A stretch of 64,000 nt of DNA from Lytechinus pictus (Eukaryota): the NCBI RefSeq assembly GCF_037042905.1, contig NC_087245.1, positions 13,332,001-13,396,000 of the forward strand. Direction: 5' to 3'. Shown here piece by piece: positions 34,501 to 48,144 of this stretch. The first letter of the stretch is position 1, and each line of letters opens with the position of its first letter. Made by a program: the position numbers and the translations under genes. The notes beneath the pieces are model-generated. The model had not been told where the DNA came from and did no database searches. It saw nothing but the letters and a program-made list of their open reading frames with translations.

Positions 34501-36879
34501 AAATGATATACTGCACTGATGTGTGCTTCATATCAAGTCTACTTGCAATCTTCCTCACAAAAATCCTCTTTATGGAGCTCCACAATCATTTCCCTCAAAT
34601 CTGTTGGTATTTCATTGGTCATGCTGAAAATCTCCAAAAGGCCCTATCAATGAGAGAATGATCACTAATGATGCTCATCTCACAAGTCAGCAATGTATGA
34701 CTCATTTGTAATGTGAAAATTCTGAGCCTATTTACGTATTCCCAGGTAGAATTTTTAAATATTGTGGATGATTTTTTTTTGGGTAGTAAACTGAAGGGGG
34801 ACCTCAGATACTATATCTTGTGTGGATAGAGGAGGGGAAGAATTAAACCATGACTTTTCATGTGACATGCCTATAATCAGTTTCTTTTTTGCATTGGTGT
34901 AGTGTACAACAAGTTGTATTGCCTGATGTAACTTTCATCTCAGACATGTACATGTATATAAGGCATCAGGAAAGTCTATTTCACTCTTCACGTTGATGGT
35001 GACTCTTCAATCATTCTTTGGACTATAAATGGTGCTATAAATGTTATATTAATGAAATTTTGCAGTTGTAATGGTATTTTTTTTAACTTCATGTTTCAGG
35101 AGACCTTCTGTGATGAGTACTTTAAAAAACCTTGACTGGAATGCTCTTCCAAGGCGCTATGAGTGCAAGATCTGTTGCCTTCGGTTGGATGGAATCGATA
35201 CCTTCAGGTCTCACCTAGAATCAGTGCATGGTGCTGAATATCTGAAATCCAAGGAACCAACCAATCCTGCTGTAGAGGATAATTCAAATGATGGGCAGGA
35301 GGCAGAGAAACACTTCCATGGTTCAGAGAAGCAGTTCCATGACCCTGGGAAACATTATGAAGACCTGGGCCATCTGCCTGACCAACATTCATCTATGCAG
35401 GAGAGTGAGCAACGCAGAATGGCAGAGAGTGAGATGTATCGGACAATGGCTTACGGGCCAGATATGGTGGATGCGAGACGCTTTGAGATGATGCCGCCGT
35501 TCAAGAGGCATCTTCATGAAAGCTATTCCAATGAGTGGGGTAAAATGCAAGGAAATATGTACAGTAGACCCTTGGCATCAGGCCAGATGATGCCTGGGGA
35601 ACAGTCCTGGGGGCCTAACCGAGGGTATGATGCCATCCCTGGCTACCGGAAGCATTATGAGGATGGGCGGGAGTGGGGTAAGAGTGGGGGGCAGTACCCC
35701 CATGTTATTACATCTCTTGGACAGAATATGCAAATGGGAATTGATGGAGGAGGAGGGGGTGGGCATAGACAGGAGCAACATGGGGAAGGGTATAACATGC
35801 CTGAAGGTAATCTTATGGGAATGGACTCTGCCCCCTCCCAGGACAACACTTATGTTGATATGAATTTGAGGCACAGTGAAGAAAATACACATCCGAATGA
35901 TGAGGATGTAACGCAGGAGAGGACAGAGAGGGTTGAAGAAAGTGTAAGTGACCAAAGACCAGAAAAGGAAACTGAACATGACACTGAATCAAGATCAAAT
36001 GAAGGCATCAAAGAGGTTGAAGATGGGACTAATGAGCAACAAGATGATGATGACCAGAAGGAAGATGAAGATGAGCCTGGAATGAAAAAGAAGAGAAAGA
36101 AAACAAAACCTGTCAAAGAGTGGGAAGAAATAGACAGGTGGGCCAACACATTTGTTCACTGTCCACAATGTGATGACTATATTCGCTTTCGTCCTGGGCA
36201 GAAGAACTTCCATTTTGCTGTGCATGCAGAGCGTCGTCTGTGCCAAGAGTGTGGGAAGATGTTTACCAAAGAGGCTTTCAGAGCTCATGTCCGAGTTCAC
36301 CAGGCTAAGAAACTGGGAGAAGTCCTCAAGCACATCTGTGAAGTCTGTGGCAAAGGCTACCGCTTCAAGTGCAGCTTGAGCTCTCACATGCGCTGCCACA
36401 CAGGAGAGCGGGAATTTGAATGTAAGATATGTGGTAAGAAGTTCCTCTCAACCCATGGGCTGGAGAAACACGAACTGGTCCATCGTAAAGTGAAGCCCCA
36501 CATGTGCCCTGATTGTGGGCGTGGCTTCACCCAGTATCATAACATGCTTGCCCATCGGAGACAACACACCGGTGAGAAACCCTACCGCTGTAACTTCTGC
36601 GATCGTTCATTCACTCACAATGTCAGTCTGAAGAATCACAAGAAGAAGGAGCATGGGGTGGATCTATGGGCAGGATCTGGTGGTAAACCGCCATCCTCAA
36701 GTCGTCAGCGGTCCAAGTCAACAAAAAGTGCCCCTACAGTTCCTGTCAGTCCTCCTGTACCCCAACAGCCACCTTCACAGCCAAAGCCATCAGTGCCAAG
36801 TGAAAGAGAGTTAATGCATACATTAGATCCTACACAGCTCTATAACATGATGCCCACCCTTGATTATGGGCATTACTAA
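22237..36879 (+). CDS. C2H2 zinc-finger transcription factor, 1123 aa, 5 coding exons (22237-22566, 24777-25513, 30959-31214, 32782-33050, 35100-36879)
   Basis: All four introns are GT-AG with matching phases (0,2,0,2); total 3372 nt. One isolated finger (CKICC..HLESVH) plus six clustered fingers with TGERE/TGEKP linkers; acidic tracts; basic NLS-like runs; KRGRKP AT-hook-like motif. Confidence 0.92.
22900..23800 (-). mobile_element. Decayed L1/Tx1-type LINE ORF2 3' fragment
   Basis: Frameshifted peptides KQILWYNENITFNKNTLFFKGPWYKSGL, YWENKLG..FDWEVIF..RKFNFKLLYN and RRNLRKWGLVNDNICSCCKMEKDIHQDFISC resemble the post-RT and zf-RVT region. Boundaries approximate. Confidence 0.75.
24777..25513 (+). 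CDS. ZNF coding exon 2
   Basis: ttccag|AGT TTG ACA ... GAC CA|gtaagt; 245-aa open frame. Confidence 0.9.
27637..28403 (+). mobile_element. piggyBac-like MITE, full length
   Basis: TTAA|CCCTAA ... TTAGGG|TTAA, with subterminal gggggttgattcaaccccc palindromes at both ends. Confidence 0.88.
30225..30415. repeat. Short interspersed element with a degenerate (TAGGGT)-like core; related copy at ~6295-6482
   Basis: ttgctcc..gacaatt and ggagcaa..ggagcaaatg ends around tagggtt/taggttt repeats. Confidence 0.5.
30959..31214 (+). CDS. ZNF coding exon 3
   Basis: tttcag|C ATG GAC ... TAT AAG|gtagcc. Confidence 0.88.
32782..33050 (+). CDS. ZNF coding exon 4 (basic, AT-hook-like)
   Basis: cctag|ACA TCA AAT ... 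GGA AG|gtgagt; contains KKRGRKPKP. Confidence 0.88.
33496..33690 (+). mobile_element. Left arm of a Kolobok-type MITE, truncated and fused to the next element
   Basis: TTAA|AGGTCAAGTCCACCCC start; aaaatttcatcaaaatcgga..aaagttatg motif, similar to the 42577 element. Confidence 0.6.
33690..34376 (-). mobile_element. piggyBac-like MITE, inverted relative of 27637-28403
   Basis: Shared blocks tttgaccgcgcc, gcgcatcttttgagaccaaattt, gggtacgcggttccgaaattacgcaaca, cggccgagatctca, cccggcctag..agggt. Confidence 0.82.
35100..36879 (+). CDS. ZNF terminal coding exon with seven C2H2-type fingers
   Basis: tttcag|G AGA CCT; CxxC-x12-H-x3/4-H repeats; TAA stop at 36877-36879. Confidence 0.95.
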
Positions 36880-37179
36880 CTTATTGTTACTCGCCATTTT
36901 TTATATTTATTTATTATGCTTATTTCGATATATTCATGCAGATTAACAAATCATGTCTTCTACTAATCTACTTGTGTAGCATGGTCTGTGACTAGCGCGA
37001 ATAATTCTGCTCTGATTGTGTTTATCATTGACTTGAGTCTTAGCAACAGATTCCAAGCATTGTATTACAGTATAATATTGAATTTTGATTTACAATGCTT
37101 TTTAGAATCTAGTATCTGAAATACAGCATTGTGGTTTTTAAAGGTTTTGTGGCAACAACTGAAGTCAAAGTGTATTTAA

Positions 37180-37400
37180 AGTTGTAAATGGTATAAATGG
37201 TAGTGATTTTTTTACCTGATTGCTAGGAAAGCATGAGTGCTTGTCAGTAAGCAACCAGAGGACTGGTGGCTTAAGGTCCTCTCTGAGGGACCTGGTAATG
37301 AGGATTAATGCCTTACCAAAGGGCACTAGCACACCAAGTGGGAATCTAACCCGGGTCACCGGAATCCGAAACCCCTGCCTTACCGACTGAGTTATCGCGC
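37180..37400 (-). mobile_element. tRNA-derived SINE downstream of the ZNF stop codon
   Basis: Minus strand: A box TAACTCAGTCGG, B box GGTTAGATTCC, SINE core gtgccctttggtaaggcattaatcctcatt, tail with repeated taccattta. Confidence 0.8.
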
Positions 37401-37551
37401 ATTAAAATTTCACTATTGTTTGGTACCAGCTGGCAATTTTGACTCACACTTATACTGAAAAGGCCTAGAACAATAGAGATGGTTCACTAAACTTAGTTAT
37501 GTGCTTTTGTCGTGTCAATGTGAGTCCAAGAAGCCAACTGATACTACTTGG

Positions 37552-38136
37552 TGAGTAAAAAAAACTTGATACATCATAAATCCCAATTTAAGGGGAAAAT
37601 GTGCCATAAACACATAATTATATATGACCTGGAATAGTATTTTCTCCCAAATAATTTGATATTGGATAATCAGAAGGTATTCTTTGCTTTGATGTCAATT
37701 TTTTGCCAAATTAAGGCATGATTCCAATTAATGAATCCAGATGTCAATGATGTCATCCATTACAAAACACTGTTTTTCAATAATTAACATAATTGTTTAA
37801 AAAAAAAAATCTTTAGTATAAACTCTAAAGTAAGTTTCATTGAAAAGGGGTTTGCAATGACGTTTACGGCACCTCATGTAGGATTATGACATCATTAGCA
37901 TTTTGATTCATTCATTGCAACCGTGCCTTACTTTTTAGCGCAAATCAAACTTTATATTCCATCACAGTAAAGAATACCTCCTGATTATCCAAGTGTAAAC
38001 ATACACCACATAAATATGGTATCAGATTATTTGGGAGAAAATACTCTTTTAAGCCATATATGATAATTATGTGTTCATGACAATTTTCTTCCTTAAATTG
38101 GGAATTTGTGAGATGTCAAAATTTTTTTTTTACTCA
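37552..38136. mobile_element. Fold-back (palindromic) MITE
   Basis: Arms of ~200 bp are imperfect reverse complements (tcccaatttaagg/ccttaaattggga; gtattttctcccaaataat/attatttgggagaaaatac; ttggataatcag/ctgattatccaa). Confidence 0.8.
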
Positions 38137-39313
38137 AACGGTATATAATTTCTTGTTAATTCATGCTAAAGTCTTGCCTGTACGTTTAAGGAAATATCAG
38201 TGATCTTCAGAAAATAAGCACATTGAAGAACAGTGGGTAGATGCTTCACTATTAAAAAAAAACTGTATATTGAAACTGCATGAGGGTTTTATTTGAGTGA
38301 CTTTTGCAAATGAAATTAAAGTCTAATGCTACATAATGCAAAAATATTTTGAGTTACATTCATTTTCCAAAAATGCATAGACTTAATATGTGAACTCAGC
38401 AAAGTGAATGACGTGCACATGGACCAGAAGCCACTCATTAATCTAACAAAAATATCTGAAATTCTGAACACAAAATTAGAACTTACCTTGTGTTATTGGA
38501 TGGATGCTTCATGTTTAATGTGCCGATTTTGATCTTAGTGTATTGGATGTGAAGTTGGTACTATTTTATAACTTCATCAATGAATAAAATCATGAACTAC
38601 ATGTACATGTAAGACACATCTGCCCTGTTATACTTGCTTTCATGGTGATATGTGTGTATCATTGGAGCAAATTTCAGAGTGTAATTTTGATATTTTTTCT
38701 GAAGTTTCTCCCCTTCTAAATATGATTACTTGTATGCAGAATATCTTCCTTTAATTGAAAAAAATTATTTTAGAATGAATTGAAGAACAAGTGACATATA
38801 ATTATAAAACCAAGTTGTACATGATTCTTATGACATTATACATGTATTAACCCCTCCAACTCGCTGCTATATCATTTTGAATATAGTTAAGATCTCTTCA
38901 TGTTCAATGAAAGCTTGTAATATATTCCTCAACATGGGCTGTATGCGGCATTGTTAACTCTGCTCTATCACTAAGTCACCTTCAAATGTAACATGATGTT
39001 TAAAATAATGTGCATGTATGGTGCTACAGAAAATTGATGATTTTATGTACATTGCATGATCACGTTATATAAACATATAGAAGTTTTGACTTGTATGTTG
39101 TACATGGATAGTTGTATGGAACATCTATAGAACCAGTTTAGCATACATTGACTATGAACCTTCCAACGCTAAAATCCAAGACATTAGATCAGAACATTTT
39201 ATATATCAGAACATTTTTTAAGTTGTATTCTGGATTTAAGAGTCAATGAAATTGTTTTTTGTGCACCACGTGTAAAGTCCTGGAAAGGACTAAGAGAAAG
39301 TGGAGGTACAGAA

Positions 39314-39608
39314 GGACTGTTAGTCAGAAAGAGTTGAAAAGTTTTAGTAGGCAAGATGAGAGGCTTGAGTAAAAGGCTGGCTTGAGTTAGAGAGATGAGA
39401 GAATGCTTGCTGGAGTCAGTGAGTGGAGTTGTAGAGTTGTACCAGATCAGGTTGACTCCATCTTCTGCTCCATCTCTACAACTCCACTCGACAACTCAAT
39501 CCAGCTTTCTTTCATCAACTCAAGCCAGCCCTCTATTCAAGCCACTCTCCTTGCCTACTCGGCCTACCTACTATGCAAGCTTTTCAACTTTTTCTGGTTT
39601 ACAGTCCA
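39314..39608. repeat. Imperfect ~295-bp inverted repeat, purine-rich left arm and pyrimidine-rich right arm
   Basis: gagtggagttgtagag/ctctacaactccactc; ggctggcttgagtt/aactcaagccagcc; agtaggcaag/cttgcctact; ggactgt/acagtcc. Confidence 0.85.
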
Positions 39609-42576
39609 TTATCAAATATATTTTCAGCTTGATTATTTCTAGCTCGATTATGGCTAGAACCAAGCTATGAATATTTTAGTATTCATGATGGTGGTAATAT
39701 GAGATTGATCAAATGTGTCTTAAGTCAGAATGGTATGTATTTACAAATCAACTTTACAGTAACATGTATTGTGGTATATGGTGCTAACTGTTTTTCTTCC
39801 TATTCTTTTTTTTTCCTTTCAATTTTGCAATTCATTTCAAAACTTCAGTGTTTCGTGATGTTCTAGCCTTGTTATGAATAAATTATACTTTCAAACATTT
39901 GTAGCCTTAGAACAATTAAGCAATACATCATGAATGCATGTACATGTACTATCTCATTATGTCAGTGATCAAATATAATTTAGTCATTGTGGTGTGTACT
40001 TCAAATTATTGATACTTTGTGACAACGAGACAGCTAATGTAAAGTCAATTCCATTTTGATATTGAGTATTTGTTTGTTTTTAAAGCTGACATCATATAGA
40101 AACAAGTCATTGAAATTTGAACAACTTAGATCCATTGTGATAGAAATCATAAAAATTTGAAATTGTGATCAATGAAATTGTGTTCGAAACATCTATCTAT
40201 GGCGTATTAAAAGGCTTCTATGTACTCTACTGCAAATAAGGGACTGCTCCATTGGTGTGATCATGAAAGCAGATTGGAGAAATTCACAAGAAATGCTACA
40301 GTATCTTCTATTTGTTTTCATTGATGACAATTTCAAACTTCACAATTTTTTGTACCTTTTGATGAAATATTTTTAGGAATTGACAGTATTTTCTTCCTTT
40401 CTGTTTTTTCTTTATATTTAGTTATTTGATGTATTATCCATTTCTAATGATTAAAGTGATGTCCTTTTATTTATTTATAATTCATTTATTATTTATTTGG
40501 TACTTAAAAACACATACAAGTATCCAATGATAAATCAATTTGAATACAAATAAAACAAAAATGAAATGTGATGTTAGAAGCAGTCTACTCAGAGCTTCAG
40601 CTGTAAGCCAGGGAAGAACCTAGGGACCGTTTCGTGAAAGGACTTGTCATTTATCCGATAGTTACTATAGTAACAGTGGTTCTTAGCCAATCAAAATCAA
40701 GGAACGTTAGATCTAACAAATTGTTGGACAAGAGATGTTGATAAAATGCTTCCCTGATTTTTCCCCCTACCCAACCAACTGATGCGCTCAGAAGACTGAA
40801 AGTTTAGCCTGTGGGCAAATCAAATAACAATCTGAAATGATTAAGGGCAATTAAAGATGGTAACATAAAACGATGATTAAAAATTAACGAAATAAGTAAA
40901 GTTTGTGTCTTTATATTCAAATTGAATACTAATGAAATAATAAGAGAATACAAATTCAATTATGAATTATTACATTTGTAATCTCTTCATATAGATATAG
41001 TATTCACAATATATAATCAACTTGAAAATTGAATTTGAATCATTGATTTGAGAATGCTTCATTATATATTTTGTTCAACATAAAAAGAAATAGGAGCAAG
41101 CTTGAAATGTAACCTTTACACAAACAGCAGATTCTGGGTACTGTAAATGAGTTTAACAATGTTTTTTTTCCATATTTCTGTCAAATATCTTACTTTCGGA
41201 GATCCCATACAAATGTGGAATCTTTGTTACAGTAGAGGTCCCACATGCCTCTGTGAATTCTGCAAAGGTTTATCAGATTTGGGGGCAAAGAGGAGTACTT
41301 CATCCTTGCTGACATAATTTGCTTAACATATTTTGCAACTTCAAAAGCCAATTTCTATAGAATGTTTGTTCCAGAAAAAAATGCATAGTTTGGGATAGAA
41401 TGCTTGACAACTCATTGCATGTTATGATAATGTATTCTGTTACAAGCATGAGGATAGTGGAAGTATTTTGTCTAAACAAGACACAATTCTTTGCAAATAT
41501 TTGTACTTTTAGTCACTTTTGCATATGTATTTGCAACTTGACCATTCAATTGCGCTAGACTTATTTGTTGCAGAAAGTATATGGTTTGGAATAGATTGTT
41601 TTTGACATCGAAATTTAATTACAACTCACTTTTATAGAATTATTAGGTATTCAATTACATATGTGTACTATATACATGCATGAGCATATATTGCAAAATG
41701 TATAATCTAAACAAGAAAAGAGAATGCATTATGGTAGTGTACTCTTGAAAATACATTCTACTTTCACAGAGTGTATTAAAAACGATACAAGTATGATATG
41801 TACACTTTGAATGGTACGCATTTATGATCGTTGAAATGACATTTATGCATACTACACCAAAATTAAGATATATCTTTGTTCAATCTGCTGTATAGACAAG
41901 AAAAAAGAAGAATCAAACATGCCTGTACAAATTTGTAAATGAAATTAATTCTATCCGGCTTTGACGAATGCTGCTCATGATATATGCACAATCATATTTG
42001 AATATTTGAGTCAACATTGATTGAAGATGTTGGGTTTCTTGTTACTGGTAATTAAATCATGTTAAATGATGCTCCTCAAGAGCAAACATGTCATTTTATT
42101 GTATATGTATTGCATGTATGTATACTTGGCATAATGTACATGTATATGTATACATCATATAAGATGTACATAATGTCATTTTATTTGTGTACATGAATTT
42201 CAGATGACAGAGCCACACGCAGTTTACTTTAAATCACATACTATCTATATACCTACGTATATCTTGTACCTGCATACTTATAGGATATTTGCATGTAGCT
42301 GTTGCCCATGCAATCGCAATCTATGGTTACCATGCATAAAGTTCTCAAGAACCCCCTCCCCTTACCTGCAGTATTTGATAAACTATGTCTTCTCTGATAA
42401 TTTACAGTATATGAAATAATTTATTAATCAAATTAATATGAAATAATTTATTAATTGAAATCATGATTATAAAAGTCATGTCTTACGAGTACTAGTAGTT
42501 TGATAATACTAAGATATAAATGTGCTGTTGGAAAAGTAATACTAATGGATTTTTTTAATGGTGCCATTTCACTTAA

Positions 42577-43152
42577 AGGAGAATGAAACCTTTGGAACAA
42601 GATAGCATGTGTGAAAACAGAAAAATCAAAGAAACAGACCAACGAAAGTTTGAGAAAAATCAGACAAATAATGAAAAAGTTATGAGCATTTGAATATTGC
42701 GATCCCTAATGCTATGGAGATCCTCACATTTGCAATGCGACATAGATGTGTGATGTCACTTGTGAACAACTCTCCCCATTACTTCAGTATATATTTTACT
42801 TAAACTGCCTCTTTTATCACATCTATCAGTAGATGTGTTCTTTCTATAGAAGGGCATGGTATACAGATTTTTAAAGAATAAAGAGTTTGTATCATAAGAA
42901 AAAGCAAAAAGAAACATTTTGGGGGTATTTCATAGTCCATCAAACTGATCAAAGGGATAGTTGTTCACATGTGACATCACACTTCCTTGTCGCATTGCCA
43001 ATGGGAGGATCTCCATAGCATTAGTGTATTGCAATATTCAAATGCTCATAAATTTCCCATTATTTGTCCGATTTTTCTCAAACTTTCTGTTCTTATTCTT
43101 TGATTTTTCTGTTTCGACACAAGCCTAATTGTTCCAAAGGCTTCATTTCCCT
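42577..43152. mobile_element. Kolobok-type fold-back MITE
   Basis: TTAA|AGG...CCT|TTAA with ~200-bp inverted arms (taatgctatggagatcctc/gaggatctccatagcatta). Confidence 0.88.
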
Positions 43153-45956
43153 TTAAGACTTTTGCACAAACATTTACCACTGCCTGTGAAATTAATCTTT
43201 TTCATAACAGTAAACATCATTGATGACATTATTAAAATTAACTCATTGATAATTACAATGATTATCAAACGGATTTCATAATGAACTCTTACTAACTAGA
43301 GACTGTCCTTTGATATATTCAATTATGTCTGTTCTTGCCTATATTGACTGATGCAACATATGTAAGTCATGTGATCAGTTGATTCAATCACAGTTTGTAA
43401 TGCTTTGTGTAATGAAATGGTTTTTCATTGTAGTTAATGAATGGACCTAGTGTAACTAGACAAGGCTACAGCTCCAACTTTATATCAAAAATGCAAGTCC
43501 TTCCAATAAAATTATTTAATTTCTGCAACAGACTGGTGATTCTATGACGATGCTTTATTTCCTGATAGTATGTGTTTGGTGACATAGCATGAGGTTGCAA
43601 TTCAAGGAAGCATCGTTTCTGTGTGAACATTTTTTTTAATGAAATTTGGATAACTGCCGTTATTCATCAGTAGGAAATCTACAGGTGCTCTAACATGCTA
43701 TGCTAGTTTGTCAAATTCCCTCACACATATTTCTTCTTGTATTGAAAATAGATCTTTCCCCCTCCATCTGTCTCTGTCTCATTGATTCATCTTGCTCTGT
43801 CTTTCTCTCTCTCTGTCCTTCCATCTCTTTTTCTCTTCCCCACTCACTCTTCTATCTAGACTATCACATAACTGATGTAGTGTCAATCTCCTTTCAGCTC
43901 CTTTAAATTTCATCAAGATTCCACTTAAATGTTAAGGTCACCCGGAACATCACTGTGACCTAGGTTATCCTGCACTTGCGCCTCAAGTTTCTCAACACAC
44001 CTCATCCAAGAAGTCTTCAACCTGTCAATAAAACCAACAACAAATGCTCCAAAAACACACTTATCCAAGCACAGTTCAAGAGACTTAGCAGAACAAGATT
44101 CTGTCTCATTTATTAGTAACGATCATAAATCTTTAAAGGCAAGATGGCAAAAATTGAAACAGAAGACAACATAATACTCATTTTTTGTTTTTGTTTACCA
44201 TCATGAATATCTCACCAATAACCCACGAACTTAGATGTTGTAAAGGACATGCAATGTAGTCCCACATATGTCTTTTCATGGTGTATGGTATCGTTCTGAA
44301 TTCTTGCCGTCAAATTATGTACATAATACCTTACACTTGAACTCAAAATTACAATCAACTTCTATGATATCTGGGCTAGAAAAATACCATTTGAAAGAAA
44401 CTGGTGACATAGGTTAAAATACATCACAGAACATTGACTGTTGCATACTGGAACCATGTGAGTTCTGTACAGAGTCTATGGGAATTACAGACTTCAGTTA
44501 TCAATGGGTTCCAAACTTGATTAGACTCATCTACTAGGATTCACATGCCAGCTCTTCCGCATCTTTCTGATAAAAATAGAGGATACAGGACAAAAGACAC
44601 CTGTTCACTGCGAATTTCAAGGTATCTTATCTTTTCTGCACATCCATCTTTCCACTCAACATTGGCAGAAATGTCCTGGAATTTCAAAAGAGCTGGAAAA
44701 GGAAGAGTTCTTCAAAATGTGATAAACTGTCATTGAGGCAGTGTGCTATTTTATTAAGATGAAGAAAATTCGTTGTGAGCTTTCAAATGTTTGTCATGGT
44801 ACAAATAGAGTATAGAAGATGGTCCACTACAAAAGATTGCTCTTCAAATGCCCTCATATATAATTATGATTCTTTAATTTAAAAAAAAAAGCTGAAATTG
44901 CCAGGCTGACATACTGGTTCCATACATTAATTTCTCTGTGCAGTGCCCATGTCTGTATAAAGTCAACATGAGTACTATGGCTTATCACTGACCCCCAAAT
45001 CATGTTATTGTTACACAAATGTGAAGCAAAGCAATAGAGTAGGTATATCCCCCAAATAATACTGGTTATGTGAATATTCAAGATAAATAATATAGATCAC
45101 TTTTCTTAAAATCGTCCAATTTTGACAATGAACATGGGGAGTTTTTATTGGATACTGGCTTCATAGTCCTCTGAGTATGTAATGAAATCAGCCAGACTGA
45201 CGTCCAAAATTAGAATATGTAACCATGTATATCTAACAGTTAGCTGCATGGCCTGTAGCCATGTCAGGTACCGGCTGATCATCTTCAACAATCTGTCTAG
45301 AATTAGTATGGATATTTTGTAATGATAATTCTGATTCAAATGGAAATTGAAATACCGAATTTAGTTCAACATTTATTACTTTATTGTCATTCATAAGAAA
45401 GTTGAATATCTTAAGGTTGCTCTTAATTTTCTGCAGCAACTGTAACATCACAATAGAAGAATCAAACACTTCACATATCTTGAGAGCTGAACATACCCAT
45501 TTCAACATTTATCTTAAAGAAGATTTTACTATTAAAAAACTAGGGCCTACATGCACATAGCCAAACAGCACTGATAGTGCAAAATATTAAAGCATGTTGT
45601 GATTGTTAAATACAACCCCACTCCTCAAGAAAATAAAATTAATAAATGGTAATGGTCAATAATTTTTCCAGTTGAGATTAATACATCTCTTTCTACAATG
45701 TACCCCTGCAGCACCTCTTCTTATTTGAGTCTTAGGTGCCTTTTTCTGCTATGATTGTATTTATTCCTTTGTTTTGATTGATTTGAATGTCAAATACAGT
45801 AATGAATTACTAATAAGTAGAATTTGATTGACAAAGTTAGAGCTCAAGGGACCTTATGGTAGACAACATCCCCAACTTTTACACAATGCTTATACACTAT
45901 ATACTATCAATACCATCATGAAGCTCAATTCTTATACTCAACAATAATGATACAAG

Positions 45957-46440
45957 ATGGCACCGATCACATCGACTAGTCAAAACCAACAGTGACACTG
46001 CTCACTTTGACTGGCAGCAGCCAAGTCACAGCCTGTAAAATGGGTAATACCGTTCACAGTGGTAAGTCACAGCCAAGTAACAGGTGACGGCCAAGTACTT
46101 GTAATACACAGTGGCACTGTTCACATTGACTAGTGGCAACCAAGTTACAACGTGTATAATGGGTGGTACCCTTCACAGTGATAAGTCACAGCCAAGTAAC
46201 AGGTTACGGCCAAGTACTTGTAATACACAGTGGCACTGTTCACATTGACTAGTCACAGCCAAGTAACAAAGTACATAAGTGGCACTGCTCACTTTTAGTG
46301 TTAGCCAAGTCACAACCTGTATAATGGGTGGCACTGGTCACATTGATTAGTCATAGCCAAGTCACAACCTACACAGGTAGCATTCTTCACATTGACTAGT
46401 GGCAGCCAATTATCTACATACATGGTAGTATTGTTCACAT
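45957..46440. repeat. Degenerate minisatellite (~40-45-bp units, 119-bp higher-order duplication)
   Basis: Recurrent gtggcactgttcacattgactagt..cagccaagt; caagtacttgtaatacacag at 46092 and 46211. Confidence 0.85.
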
Positions 46441-47896
46441 AGGTAACTTACATGTACATGTTTATATTCATATCTGTTCATTACTCTCAATAGCCTTAAA
46501 TACACAAATATTCTGTATGAATAACTCTACTGTGTTTTTCCCCTCAATGTTTGGTAGACAGGCTTTTTTTTAACTGATCACAGTCTTAAGCATGGTAAGT
46601 TTCAATTTTAACTTTAGTTTGTACTCTGCAATGACTCTTAGAGCGTCAATTCTGTTAAATGAATAGAACACAACTAATCAAGAAGAAAGACAGATGAAGA
46701 TTGTGAACAAATGAAAAGAGAGAAGTGGAATGGCTGAGAAAAAGGATGGAAAAAGAAAAGGGGAGGACAGCAGGGAAATAGAAAGATCTATGAGAATATC
46801 GAAGAAATTGAAGAAAAATACATGTAGCAATATTCTAAACCAACTCCTTTAAATGTCAAAATCAGACAGTTCAACTTGTAAAGAAATGTGGGCACAGAAG
46901 GAGAAAACAAATTATTCTTTATACACATCTTCCATATTAAACATAAATATACAATAAATAGAAAAGAGAGCTTATTTCCTGCATAATATATTTCAGAAAA
47001 TGTAGGTACAGTGCACTTCCAATGCAAGTTATAAATAAATTTCTGAGACAAATTGCCAAGAATGCATTCCTTTAATTCCAAGTACATGAAATTCTCAAAT
47101 ATATCGATTTTTGACCTCATTATCTTATTAATGCTTGATAAGGAACAGAGATGGAACATAAGCACCAAAATAAGTGGAAGATTATCCAACAAAAGCAATT
47201 CTTTATAGTGGGTAGAAGTCTAATTAAATTCCTATATTGCATGAATTCCTATCTCTTCTTACATAATTTATCACTAAATGGCGTATTAAATAAATAAAAA
47301 TTATCAATCGTGATGCAAGAAATAGCAAAAATACTGTGTATACATGTACATGTACTGTGACCTGAATAATGTCCATATGCTAAATTCTAAACTAAAAATC
47401 TATCTTTCTCATTAGCTTTGTGAATAGAGTGACAGAGTGTGGGAGACTGCACCTTTGAATGACTCACAGATAAATGGTGCTATACAAATGCTTTTCATCT
47501 TCAGAATCATTACCATCCAAGCCCTACTTGTGATTCATATTTAAAAACAAGACTGTGATGTGATGTATGTCTACTTTATTTTCAAAAGAAATCACTCCAA
47601 AAGCTCCTGAACAAGACAAATTAGGTATATTATTACAACTAAGAGCAAAGCCATCCAACGCTTCCAACATAAAAGATACAATTATCTTATCATATTTGTG
47701 TTACTTATAGTATGCTTTTCCCATTAGGGCATAAGCACTTAAAATGAATCAATTTTTTTCATGGCCTTAATTTCAGTGATTCGGGACCTGCCATGGAGAA
47801 ACCAGGCACAAAAAGACAAACCGACACAATTACATGAGCCAGATTATAGTAAGAAATACCTCGGAGCCTAGTTATAACATGTTAGTGTTTTGTACC

Positions 47897-48144
47897 GCCC
47901 TTTCACACGGTAAAAAATTGTAATTTGAATGATTGATTCCAGTGAAAAATAAGGCTAATGACCAATTTTTAGCATGTGTGAAACCAAATTAGAATCACGA
48001 ACGCTAATCACAATCACAAATTCAAATTCTACTCCGGAGGTGAGTTCCAGTTAAGTTTCACTCAAATTACGTACAAATTTTCCATGTGAAAGGTCCGATG
48101 ATTCTAAAGACGAATGATGATTCAAGATTCGCGTGTGAAAAGGC
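47897..48144. mobile_element. PIF/Harbinger-like MITE
   Basis: TIRs gccctttcacacg / cgtgtgaaaaggc; internal tgtgaaa repeats. Confidence 0.6.

Noticed and set aside
37325..37400. tRNA gene
   Set aside because: A and B boxes are present, but the T-loop and stems are degenerate and it continues into a SINE core and tail.
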